From: a virus
Taxonomy: Duplodnaviria > Caudoviricetes
Strand: one strand, 5' to 3'
DNA length: 54,058 nt
IMG/VR virus record: IMGVR_UViG_3300031776_000001
Span: 1-54,058 of that record
The notes below the pieces were generated by a model, which was given only the letters and a program-made list of their open reading frames with translations, was not told the DNA's origin and did not search any database. Positions 17,581 to 25,683 of this stretch are shown here, one piece after another (position 1 is the stretch's first letter; each line of letters opens with the position of its first letter). Made by a program: the position numbers and the translations under genes.

Positions 17581-18306
17581 GTGACCATCTCCTTCGCCGA
17601 GGCCCGGGAGCAAGCAATGCGTGAAGGGGAGTTCGCGGGCTGGATCTTGCCCATCCTGGTGGCGATGGAGGAGCAGGCCACACGACAGCGAGGCTTGTGG
17701 GTCTCGCCCTCGCAGGCCCTGGTGTGCCCACGGCTGCGGGTGTTGCAACTCGAGAAACCCTACTACGTGAGGCCAGAGTGGGTGTGGGCAGCCATGAATG
17801 GCACAGCCATCCACCACTGGATGGCCGAGGTGGGTGCACTCGAGGGTTGTTTCCACGAGTTGCCGCTGGCAGCTAGGCTCACGGTGCGTCTCGGAAAGCG
17901 CGACGTCGAGTTCCCAGTGCAAGGCACGGCGGACCTCTACATCCCGGCGGAGGCGAGGCTGGTGGATGTCAAGACGACGTCGCGGCGCCTGTGGGGATCC
18001 TCCTCGAAGGTGCCGAGGGCGCTGGAGCATGAGTTCCAGGTGAACATCTACGCCTGGCTCCTCCGCGAGAGCGGTTACCCAGTGGAGCGGGCTGAGTTGT
18101 GGTATGCTCAACCAGGACTGCGGAACGGGAGAGTGGAGCGCCAGCTGGTGGTGGTGGAGCTCCTGCCCCATGAGGAGGTGGGGGAGCTCCTGGTGGCGAT
18201 AGCGGAGCCGTTAGTGCGCTACCTCGAGGAGGGGAGGCTGCCAGAGTGCCGGTGCCAGGAGCGGCCATTCATCTATCCGGATCTCTGCAGGGAGGTGGAA
18301 CCATGA
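17581..18306 (+). CDS. Cas4/RecB-like PD-(D/E)XK exonuclease
   Basis: SPSQ..CPR, GTAIH, GTAD, DVKT, QVNIY, and C-terminal CRC...C (possible Fe-S cluster ligands). Confidence 0.82.
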   Translation: MTISFAEAREQAMREGEFAGWILPILVAMEEQATRQRGLWVSPSQALVCPRLRVLQLEKPYYVRPEWVWAAMNGTAIHHWMAEVGALEGCFHELPLAARLTVRLGKRDVEFPVQGTADLYIPAEARLVDVKTTSRRLWGSSSKVPRALEHEFQVNIYAWLLRESGYPVERAELWYAQPGLRNGRVERQLVVVELLPHEEVGELLVAIAEPLVRYLEEGRLPECRCQERPFIYPDLCREVEP

Positions 18307-18638
18307 AGCGGTCACGCAAGACCAGGTACCGAGAGGCCGAGAACCTGCTGCCAGAGGAGGCTAAGAGCCTGGTGATGGAGTGGCGGCGACAGCAGAACCT
18401 GGTGGTGAGTGGGCTCCTCGAGTGGTGGCGGAAGGCGAGTCCAGCCGAGAAGCAGGGGCTGCCCTGGTGCTGGGAGTCCGATGAGTCAGGGAACCCGACG
18501 CTCCTTAGGAGCCGCGATGGCGGTGTGCTGCTCAGGGTAGCAAGGATCCCCTCGGGAGAGCCGGTGCTGGTCTGGGCGCTGTCAGCAGGAACCCTGAGCC
18601 AGCTCCAGGAGACGTTGCGGGAGCTCCGCGGGGGCTGA
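18303..18638 (+). CDS. Hypothetical protein (111 aa)
   Basis: GGAGGT RBS; ATGA overlap with the upstream gene. Confidence 0.7.
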   Translation: MKRSRKTRYREAENLLPEEAKSLVMEWRRQQNLVVSGLLEWWRKASPAEKQGLPWCWESDESGNPTLLRSRDGGVLLRVARIPSGEPVLVWALSAGTLSQLQETLRELRGG

Positions 18639-20456
18639 TGCTACCTCCATGCCCCAGTGCCATGTTGGCAAGGGTAGGGGTGGTGGGGTATGTGGGTAGT
18701 GGGGATTGGCCCCGGTTCTGGAGCTGGCCCAGGAAAGGAGCGGGGGTGGGGGTAGGGGTGCGCAGACGGCGCTGGCCTCGCCTGCGGCGCTGGAAGTGGT
18801 GCCTCAGACGGCGGCGGCCTCGTCCATCCCCTATGGCAAGCGGCGGCTGGTTGAGTGTGGCCCTGCACCGCGGGGCTGGTTGTTAATGGTGGTGCTGCCC
18901 TCGCATGGCGAGGCTGGTGGTGAGGGGGAGATGGGTGGAGGGGGAGGGGTGTGGTGGTTGGAGGGGAAGGTGGAGCAACGGCGGCAGGCGAGGTGTTGGA
19001 CTGGGGAGCGGCGTGTGGGAGGGTGGTGGCAGCGGGCCATTGGGTGGCAGCCATTGGATGGCCCGTTTGGTGGTAGAGGATGGATGGGCTGTGCCTGGGT
19101 GGGCCTGCATAGTGGAGCTACTCGGTTGGCCAGCCAGGTTGGCTGGCAGAGTTGGTTGGTGGGGTGGCAGGCGTCTGTTGTAGCTGCAACAGCGGATCCC
19201 TCATGGCTTGCAGGAACCGGCTCAGACCGACGAGGAGGCTCGTAGAGGGGCCTGTGGTAGAGGGGCTGATAGAGGTACTGGGGGTGGTCCCGAAAGGGCC
19301 TCAGCGGCCAACGTGGTGAGCCTCAGGGCATGTTCTGGGCACGGTTGGGATCCCTGCAGCAGGCTGCAGGGAGTGGCAGCTCGCTGCTGGTGCTCTTTTG
19401 CGCATAAGTGCTCTTATACGCTGGAGGCAGGTTCCGCCAAGCTCCACACTGCTAGGAGCGGCAGGGGGAGGTGACATGGGCGGAAGGATCTACCCAATTA
19501 CCGGTAGCTCCTGAGAGCCGAGGTGGGGCAAGGTGGGCAGCGTGGCGGGAGTGCACCATGGTGGACCAGCCTGGTGCGAGGGAGGCAGCGACCTCGACGC
19601 AGGCACTGGCGGCAGCAGCAACCCTCGAGGAGTCGGGTGCCAGCGTGACTCAATGGACCTAGCACAGTACCGGGAGTTCATGAGAACCAACCTGCCGGGC
19701 CCTCGAGGAGGGCACCGCCACTGCGCCAGGAGCAGACTGCCACCACGACAGCACTGGTGGCGCCGACTCAACACGCGGCCTGATGCCAGCTGCACCTGCG
19801 CACCCTGTCCACCGGTGGAGCGGCAGGCAGGCAGCTAGAGCACTGGCAACCCCTTGGCCCCTGATCTGCCTCCGCTCCAGCACCACCAGCGCTCACTACC
19901 ACCCACACCAGCCAGTCGCAGCAGTTGGATCAGCTACCAAAGGTTTGGGAGCAGTCACCTGCACCAGGTACCCCTACCCAGTACCCGTTGTGCTGGGATA
20001 CCCTACCCCAGTACCCGCTGCAGGTAGGGGCATACGGTACCGGGGTATCAGCACAAACGCAGCGCCAGGGCGCGCAAAGTTGTGACAAGGGGGCAGGGGT
20101 AGGGAGTTTGGGGGTACTGGTAGGGGGTATGGGCGCAATCCCTTGCCCACTGCCCTGTTGCCCCACCGCCAATCCTCACCCACTGCCCCGCAACCCGCAG
20201 TAGCCCGCAGCAACCTCGTCTCCTGCCCCTGCGTCCCCTCAATCCCACTCCATCCTGCCCTGGCCACCTGCCCTCGCCACCTACCCCGGCTGTGTCCACC
20301 GTCACCACCTCCCACCTCCCCTACCTGTGCCTCAAGGTCACACACCATTCTCGTACCGGCCCCGCAGAGCTTTGCTTTGGGTCCCTCTGAGATCCGCGTC
20401 GCGACGCCAATGTTGGAGGCAAGAAACGAATCCGAAAAATTCCCCCTCGAAACCCC

Positions 20457-20485
20457 TTGACAACCGCTCCCACAGGTGCTATAAC
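20457..20485 (+). promoter_or_regulatory. Strong early sigma70 promoter
   Basis: TTGACA-17 nt-TATAAC with extended -10 TG and an upstream A-rich tract (AAGAAACGAATCCGAAAAATT). Confidence 0.85.
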
Positions 20486-20648
20486 GGTACCAGAAGACAA
20501 GAGCGGCACCACCCGGCCCCCCCCCCCTCGAGACGAGGGGCCAGGAACAGGAGCCGCACCGGCATCCACCAGCAAGCCACGTCACCCGGTGCCGGGCACC
20601 TTGACAAGCGAGACGGTCACCTCTGGGTGCTGTGACAGCACTCGGAGC

Positions 20649-20766
20649 CTCGAGAACCGAAGCTGGCCAGCGTGGCGTCGAGGGAGCCACCAGCCAGCTT
20701 CGTGGGAGCAGGAGTTGAACCGGGGTGCGACTCCCCGGGCTCCCAGAGGTAGGTACGGTTCTCGAG
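20649..20766 (+). ncRNA. Structured leader with tRNA-minihelix-like element
   Basis: Closing stem CTCGAGAACCG/CGGTTCTCGAG; inner AAGCTGGC/GCCAGCTT arm; GGGAGC..CCGGGG-TGCGACT-CCCCGG-GCTCCC. Confidence 0.5.
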
Positions 20767-20784
20767 TCCGTAAGGAGGGACACC

Positions 20785-21105
20785 ATGGTCAACCTCATGC
20801 AGCAGGCGGAAATGATCCGCGAGCTCCGCCGCAACCGCGCCATCCAGATGTTCTACCAGGAGGTGGCAGCCCTCGCTCTGGCCGATGCCATCAGCCAGTG
20901 CTGGTTCCAGCTCACCGGTGAGCGCCTGGATGAGACCGACGCACTCCACCTGGCCAAGGTCGCGATGGAGCACCTCCCTGACCAGTCCTGGATCACCATC
21001 GGCAGCTGGTTCCGGAGCCAGAATGGCAGCCACCGCGACCTCCTCAACCACGAGGCCGACGCGGAGATCCTGGTCTACCGCCTCCGCGACCTCGGCTACC
21101 TCTGA
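20785..21105 (+). CDS. Early hypothetical protein (106 aa)
   Basis: TAAGGAGG RBS; first gene after the early promoter. Confidence 0.8.
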   Translation: MVNLMQQAEMIRELRRNRAIQMFYQEVAALALADAISQCWFQLTGERLDETDALHLAKVAMEHLPDQSWITIGSWFRSQNGSHRDLLNHEADAEILVYRLRDLGYL

Positions 21106-21120
21106 TGCCCACTCCCTTCC

Positions 21121-21214
21121 CTCCCTTCCCCAGCAGCTGCGGGTGTCACCCAGCACCCGCAGCGTCGAATGGGACCTCTTGCCAGAGAGGTGCCAGGGAA
21201 ACTGGAAAGGAGGG
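21121..21214 (+). ncRNA. Three-way-junction RNA motif, copy A
   Basis: CCTTCC-CCAG-CA-[P2]-GTCGAA-[P3]-GGGAAA-CTGG-AAAGGAGG. Confidence 0.8.
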
Positions 21215-21219
21215 AACCG

Positions 21220-21699
21220 ATGGTGCAGATCCATGGTCTCGAAATCGAAATCTTCGACGGCGCAGAAGAGAAGGGGGCCAAGATGGCAGGACACCAGGTC
21301 AGCGCAGTGATCCGGCAAGTGGTGGGCAAGCCCCAGCCCCAGCGCAAGGCGGTGGCTGAGTTCGGTGCCGCCAGCGACGTCACCGCTCTCCGCGACATGA
21401 TTGCAGCCTGGCTGGAGCAGCTCCAGAGCGACCTCTATGCACCCCTGGCTCAGCAGACAGGCAAGATGCCCCGCTGGTTCGCTGAGCATGATGCTCAGCA
21501 GATGCTCGACGGGAAGTGGGTTCAGATCGGGTGGCTCAACTCCCGTTCCCACACCATCACCACCCAAGCTCAGGGGCGCGTCATCGACTGGATCCAGGGA
21601 GCCATCGTCTTCTATGACCCGGAGCAGGACACCATCTACTACCCCATCTTCCTGGTCGCCGAGATCCGCCGTCGGCGCGCTCCCCGCGGAGCCCGCTAG
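21220..21699 (+). CDS. Early hypothetical protein (159 aa)
   Basis: AAAGGAGG RBS lies within motif copy A. Confidence 0.8.
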   Translation: MVQIHGLEIEIFDGAEEKGAKMAGHQVSAVIRQVVGKPQPQRKAVAEFGAASDVTALRDMIAAWLEQLQSDLYAPLAQQTGKMPRWFAEHDAQQMLDGKWVQIGWLNSRSHTITTQAQGRVIDWIQGAIVFYDPEQDTIYYPIFLVAEIRRRRAPRGAR

Positions 21700-21706
21700 C
21701 CCAAGA

Positions 21707-21798
21707 CTCCTTCCCCAGCGGCTGGGGGCAGCCAATCGGCTCCCCCAGCGTCGAATGGTGTGGCAACAGGGCCACATCAGGGAGACTGGAAAGGAGGG
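21707..21798 (+). ncRNA. Three-way-junction RNA motif, copy B
   Basis: CCTTCC-CCAG-CG-[P2]-GTCGAA-[P3]-GGGAGA-CTGG-AAAGGAGG. Confidence 0.8.
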
Positions 21799-21803
21799 CA
21801 ACC

Positions 21804-22184
21804 ATGACTCGACGATTGCGCCAGCAAGCAGCGCTGGAGCGCTCACTCGGCACCATGATCACCCAGGCACTCTGGGGCAAGCCCACGACACGACGCAACG
21901 CCGACTCCCGCAAGCGAGTGGCCAAGATCATCCAGGCAGAGCTGGTTGCGCAAGCTCTCCCCATCGTGGGGAGCCAGGAGCTGGCTCAGCAGGTTGCCTA
22001 CCTCGCTTGCCAAGATCCCGCCGCGATGGTGCAGGTCTTCCTCGGCGATGCCGACACCATCAAGCGGCTGGCAGAGAAGGCTGCCACCATGCCGGAGCCT
22101 CCCCAGTCACCGACTCTCGAGGAGCTGATCCCGGTAGCCGAAGAGGCGATGCAGATAGTGCGGAGTCTCTTGGCAACACGATGA
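21804..22184 (+). CDS. Early hypothetical protein (126 aa)
   Basis: AAAGGAGG RBS lies within motif copy B. Confidence 0.8.
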   Translation: MTRRLRQQAALERSLGTMITQALWGKPTTRRNADSRKRVAKIIQAELVAQALPIVGSQELAQQVAYLACQDPAAMVQVFLGDADTIKRLAEKAATMPEPPQSPTLEELIPVAEEAMQIVRSLLATR

Positions 22185-22197
22185 AAGGAGGGCACCC

Positions 22198-22602
22198 ATG
22201 AAGCGGCTCTACAGCCTCGAGAAGGAACTGGCCAAGATCCTGGATCCCCGGCCACCGCGTCCACGCCGCCAGCCACTCTCCCCTGAGGCTATCCGCTCCA
22301 TCGCAGTCCAGGGCTGCCTCGAGTACCTGGCTGACATGACAGAGTCCCGCGAGGGCGCTGAGGCCCAGCGGCTCCTGGCTGAACTCGAGGCGCTCCCCGT
22401 GAACCGACTCGGCGACTCCATCCTCACCTCGATGGAGAACCTGCTGATCAACAAGCACCGCCGCGGCGGCCTGATCTTCCAGACACTGCGCCAGCGCGCA
22501 CCGGAGCGCCTGGGCCGCGGCTATGCCATGTACCGGCTCCTCCAAGATCCGGACCTGGTGGTGGAGGAACTCTTCTGGGACTACCTCGACTACCAGCCCT
22601 GA
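22198..22602 (+). CDS. Early hypothetical protein (134 aa)
   Basis: AAAGGAGG RBS. Confidence 0.8.
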   Translation: MKRLYSLEKELAKILDPRPPRPRRQPLSPEAIRSIAVQGCLEYLADMTESREGAEAQRLLAELEALPVNRLGDSILTSMENLLINKHRRGGLIFQTLRQRAPERLGRGYAMYRLLQDPDLVVEELFWDYLDYQP

Positions 22603-22617
22603 CGCTTACCCATTCCC

Positions 22618-22706
22618 CTCCCCTTCCCCAGCGGCGGTGGGTGCCCCAGTGGGCACCTGCCGCGCCGACTGGCACCAGTGCGGTGCCAGGGAGACTGGAA
22701 AGGGGG
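22618..22706 (+). ncRNA. Three-way-junction RNA motif, copy C
   Basis: CCTTCC-CCAG-CG-[P2]-GCCGAC-[P3]-GGGAGA-CTGG-AAAGGGGG. Confidence 0.8.
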
Positions 22707-22768
22707 TCACGCGGATACCACTGGCTGTCCACCAGCGCAGGCGCGGCGAGTCACTGAAAGGAGGTCAC

Positions 22769-23011
22769 ATGAGCATCGATCCCGTTGCCCTCATCGAGTT
22801 CCTCGAGGATGCCCTGAAGGGTGTCCATGAGGAGTCAGCCCGCCACTGGATCCGCGCCGCCATCCAGCACCTGGCGGAGGGATCCCAGCCACGGTGGGTG
22901 GCAGCCGCCGCTGCCTGCCTCCACGAGGCAGCGCGCTGCACCACCCACCCCAGCTACCGGAACTGGTTGCGGTCCATGGCAGCTCATCTCGAGAAGGAGG
23001 TCTGGTCATGA
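22769..23011 (+). CDS. Early hypothetical protein (80 aa)
   Basis: AAAGGAGGT RBS before ATG 22769. Confidence 0.78.
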   Translation: MSIDPVALIEFLEDALKGVHEESARHWIRAAIQHLAEGSQPRWVAAAAACLHEAARCTTHPSYRNWLRSMAAHLEKEVWS

Positions 23012-23430
23012 AGGATCCACGCTACACGATTGATCGCCTCTCCCGCAACGACAAGGTGGTGGTGAAGGGCCTCGACTCCCTGGCCCTGCACCTGGCTGAC
23101 CTCGAGATCCTGATGAAGGACCTCGAGCTCCCCCTGGCTCAGGAGTACGGCTCCCAGACGGCGTACCTCCTCAACTACCTGCGCCTGGCACTGGAGGCCG
23201 AGGTCCAGGCAGCCAAGATCCTCGAGAAGGTCTCCTCGGCTGCCGACACCCCCGACACCCGGATTGCCCTCCAGGCCCTCCGCCGCTGCTCCGAGGCCAT
23301 CCGGATCCTGGCCTACCGGCGCCTGGAGTGCCTGTGGGAGGTCCTGGCGCTCCGCGAGGGCAGCCGCGACGAAGCAGATCTCGCCAAGCAGCTCATCGAC
23401 GAGTTGCACCTGAGCCCGGCGATTCACTGA
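23008..23430 (+). CDS. Early hypothetical protein (140 aa)
   Basis: AAGGAGGT RBS; ATGA overlap. Confidence 0.78.
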   Translation: MKDPRYTIDRLSRNDKVVVKGLDSLALHLADLEILMKDLELPLAQEYGSQTAYLLNYLRLALEAEVQAAKILEKVSSAADTPDTRIALQALRRCSEAIRILAYRRLECLWEVLALREGSRDEADLAKQLIDELHLSPAIH

Positions 23431-23448
23431 ACCGAAAGGAGGCATGTC

Positions 23449-23736
23449 ATGCAGCCCTGGGACGTCTTCGAGGTAGCCCGCCGCATCGTGAAGCGCCACC
23501 TCGACACCGATGACCTCGACTTCGTCGCAGCTCAACTCATCGCCGAGTATGGTGCCCAGGTCCTCGACGAGAGCCAGGACTGGGGCCCACGAGTCCTGGC
23601 AGCCCAGGAAGAGGTGATCCGCTACGCCCAGAGCCACGCCTACTACGCTCCCTGGGACCCCTATGACGAGGCGGACTGGGCCTGCCTCGAGGAGTGGATC
23701 CTCGAGACGCTCCCGAAGGGAGGTGAAAGCCGCTAA
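23449..23736 (+). CDS. Early acidic hypothetical protein (95 aa)
   Basis: AAAGGAGG RBS; D/E-rich. Confidence 0.78.
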   Translation: MQPWDVFEVARRIVKRHLDTDDLDFVAAQLIAEYGAQVLDESQDWGPRVLAAQEEVIRYAQSHAYYAPWDPYDEADWACLEEWILETLPKGGESR

Positions 23737-23833
23737 GCGTCTCACCCCTGCACTGGCCCCGGTAGGGCACCCACCCTACCGGGGCCCGCCACCCCGGCGC
23801 TGAGGCCAAACTGATCACGAAAGGAGGACCGTC

Positions 23834-24325
23834 ATGACTGCCAAGGAACTGGCTCAAAGCATCCGCGAGCTCCACCACCTGGTGCCGAAGCTCCTGGTGG
23901 GGGAGATGACGCCAGAGGAGTTCTGGAGCCGAGTCGAGGCCTGGTTTGAGCAGGTGTCAGCCGAGTCCAGTGCCCTCGCCGCCTACCTGCCTGGTGAGGG
24001 CACCATCCAGCAGGCTCTGGCTGCCCTGCGCGAGGGGATTCGCTGGGATCTGGAGCTCAACCGCACCCTGTTTCCAGTGCTCCAGGGGCGAGAGTCCGAG
24101 GACATCCTCATCCACCACGCCGTCTCCATCTTCGGGATCATGAGTGCTGAGATCCTGGACCGCCTCTTCAGCCGCCTCGCGGTGTGGGCAGAGCTCTTGG
24201 GCATCCTCGATGGCTCCATCGAGTTCCCTGAGGAGACCTACCTCACCTACCGGGAGCTCCGGGCCATGATCCAGGCCCACCCCTTTGCCGAGTACAGCTT
24301 CGACGTCGAGGACCTCGATGCCTGA
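23834..24325 (+). CDS. Early acidic hypothetical protein (163 aa)
   Basis: AAAGGAGG RBS. Confidence 0.78.
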   Translation: MTAKELAQSIRELHHLVPKLLVGEMTPEEFWSRVEAWFEQVSAESSALAAYLPGEGTIQQALAALREGIRWDLELNRTLFPVLQGRESEDILIHHAVSIFGIMSAEILDRLFSRLAVWAELLGILDGSIEFPEETYLTYRELRAMIQAHPFAEYSFDVEDLDA

Positions 24326-24339
24326 GGAGGGTGAGCACC

Positions 24340-24708
24340 ATGAAGACAGTGGCCTTTCTCGAGAGCCTGGATGTCGCCTTCCGCGCCGAACCCGTCGCCA
24401 TCACCACCTACCACCAGGGTGAGGGCACCACGGCGCGCTACCGCTTCCTGGTGGAGGCCCGGCCCGCCAGCCACCACGGCAACGGCATCCGTGGGGTGCT
24501 CTCCATGGTGGCCCGGCGCGAGGCGGGTGTCTCCTTTGCCTGGGAAGAGGTGCGCTGGACCGATGGAGCCCCACTCTCCGAGCCCGAGTCGCAACTGGCA
24601 CTGGATCTCCTGCTCCGCCACGTGGCGGCCCAGCTCCTCTACCAGCACGCCTACTTCGCCTTGAAGGCTGGTGACCTCCAGGTCATGGAGGAGCGCCTCG
24701 ATGCCTGA
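24340..24708 (+). CDS. Early hypothetical protein (122 aa)
   Basis: GAGGAGG RBS with spacing that fits ATG 24340. Confidence 0.75.
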   Translation: MKTVAFLESLDVAFRAEPVAITTYHQGEGTTARYRFLVEARPASHHGNGIRGVLSMVARREAGVSFAWEEVRWTDGAPLSEPESQLALDLLLRHVAAQLLYQHAYFALKAGDLQVMEERLDA

Positions 24709-25171
24709 GCTGGTCCGCTTCGGTAAGCGAATTCCTGTCTGGTTGGACGCCACCGTCGCCGAGGAGCTGCAGCGGATCTTGCTCCCGGGCACCCACCCTG
24801 CCACCATGCTCCGTCTCCTCATCCGCGCTGCCCTGCATGAGCTCCGCGAGGCCCAGCTCTCTCCAGGGGTGCGGTCCCTGGCCTCGCTCTGCTGGGCTGC
24901 AGTGGCTGCCCGGCGACGGAGGCCAGCCATCATCGAGGTCCTGCCCCGCCTCGTCGATGAGCACCTGGAGGCTCTGGGTGCGAGTTACGCCACCCGCGCC
25001 AAGGTCTATGCCCTGCTGCTGCCGCTGTCTCCATTGCAGCGCCTAGCCCTCCTCGTCGAGGGAGCCCACCAGGCGCGCCAGGCGCTGGCCCCCAGGGCAC
25101 CGGTGCCAGCCGCCACTGGTGGGCCGCAAGACAAACCAGAACCGGATCAGGAAGGAGGTCACGATGGGTAA
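24701..25171 (+). CDS. Hypothetical protein with two RHH-like segments (156 aa)
   Basis: GGAGGAG RBS; IPVWLDATVAEEL...LRLLIRAAL and IEVLPRLVDEHL...LALLVEGA. Confidence 0.6.
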   Translation: MPELVRFGKRIPVWLDATVAEELQRILLPGTHPATMLRLLIRAALHELREAQLSPGVRSLASLCWAAVAARRRRPAIIEVLPRLVDEHLEALGASYATRAKVYALLLPLSPLQRLALLVEGAHQARQALAPRAPVPAATGGPQDKPEPDQEGGHDG

Positions 25172-25682
25172 ACTCGCCAAGTTCCATGAGCATGGGCTCC
25201 CGGACCAGGTGGACTGGGAGGCGGTGCGCACCACCGTCCTCCAGTGCCTCGGAGCTCAGCCACCCTATCCACCGGAGCACTTCTGGGCCATCGACCCCAG
25301 TGGCGCGGTGCGGGGGGCCTGGGTGGGTGACGAGGAGTCGGTGACCATCCCCTTCCGCGAGCTGGGCAAGCTCTACCAGGCGGTGCTGGTCCACTCCCAC
25401 CCACCCGGCTGCCCACCCACGGTGGACGATGCCTACCTCGGCGTCATGGCTGCCTCGCCGCTCCTCGTCATCATCGAGGGAGAGACAGCCCACCTCGTCA
25501 CTGTCTGGCATGACCGGTCTCCTGGCTACATGGCCGCGCTCCTCTGGGATGCACCAGATCTCACCACCGGGCTCAACCTGGTCAGGGGCAACTGGACCAG
25601 GTCCAACCTGGCAGGCCTCGGCGAGGCCATCCAGCACCTGGCAGCGCGTTGGCAGCAGTTCCTGGCGAGTCTGGAGGGCTGA
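25164..25682 (+). CDS. JAB/MPN-like metalloprotein (172 aa)
   Basis: E...VHSHPPGCPPTVDD matches the JAMM E..HxH(x7)S/TxxD pattern; AAGGAGGT RBS. Confidence 0.65.
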   Translation: MGKLAKFHEHGLPDQVDWEAVRTTVLQCLGAQPPYPPEHFWAIDPSGAVRGAWVGDEESVTIPFRELGKLYQAVLVHSHPPGCPPTVDDAYLGVMAASPLLVIIEGETAHLVTVWHDRSPGYMAALLWDAPDLTTGLNLVRGNWTRSNLAGLGEAIQHLAARWQQFLASLEG

Positions 25683-25683
25683 C

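Noticed and set aside
19735-19800. Fourth copy of the junction motif (hairpin followed by GCCGAC)
   Set aside because: Lacks CCUUCCCCAG and GGGARACUGG; probably chance.
18638-20460. Protein-coding ORFs in the G-rich/C-rich gap
   Set aside because: Low-complexity G/W- or P-rich translations without convincing RBS-start pairs.
20517-20527. C11 tract as a phase-variation switch
   Set aside because: Non-coding, downstream of the promoter and part of a hairpin arm; length may be a homopolymer error.
22660-22700. ZTP riboswitch or hammerhead identity for the junction motif
   Set aside because: GACUGGC..GGGAG resembles ZTP only in copy C and the 3' GCCUGGGC hairpin is absent; no CUGAUGA hammerhead core.
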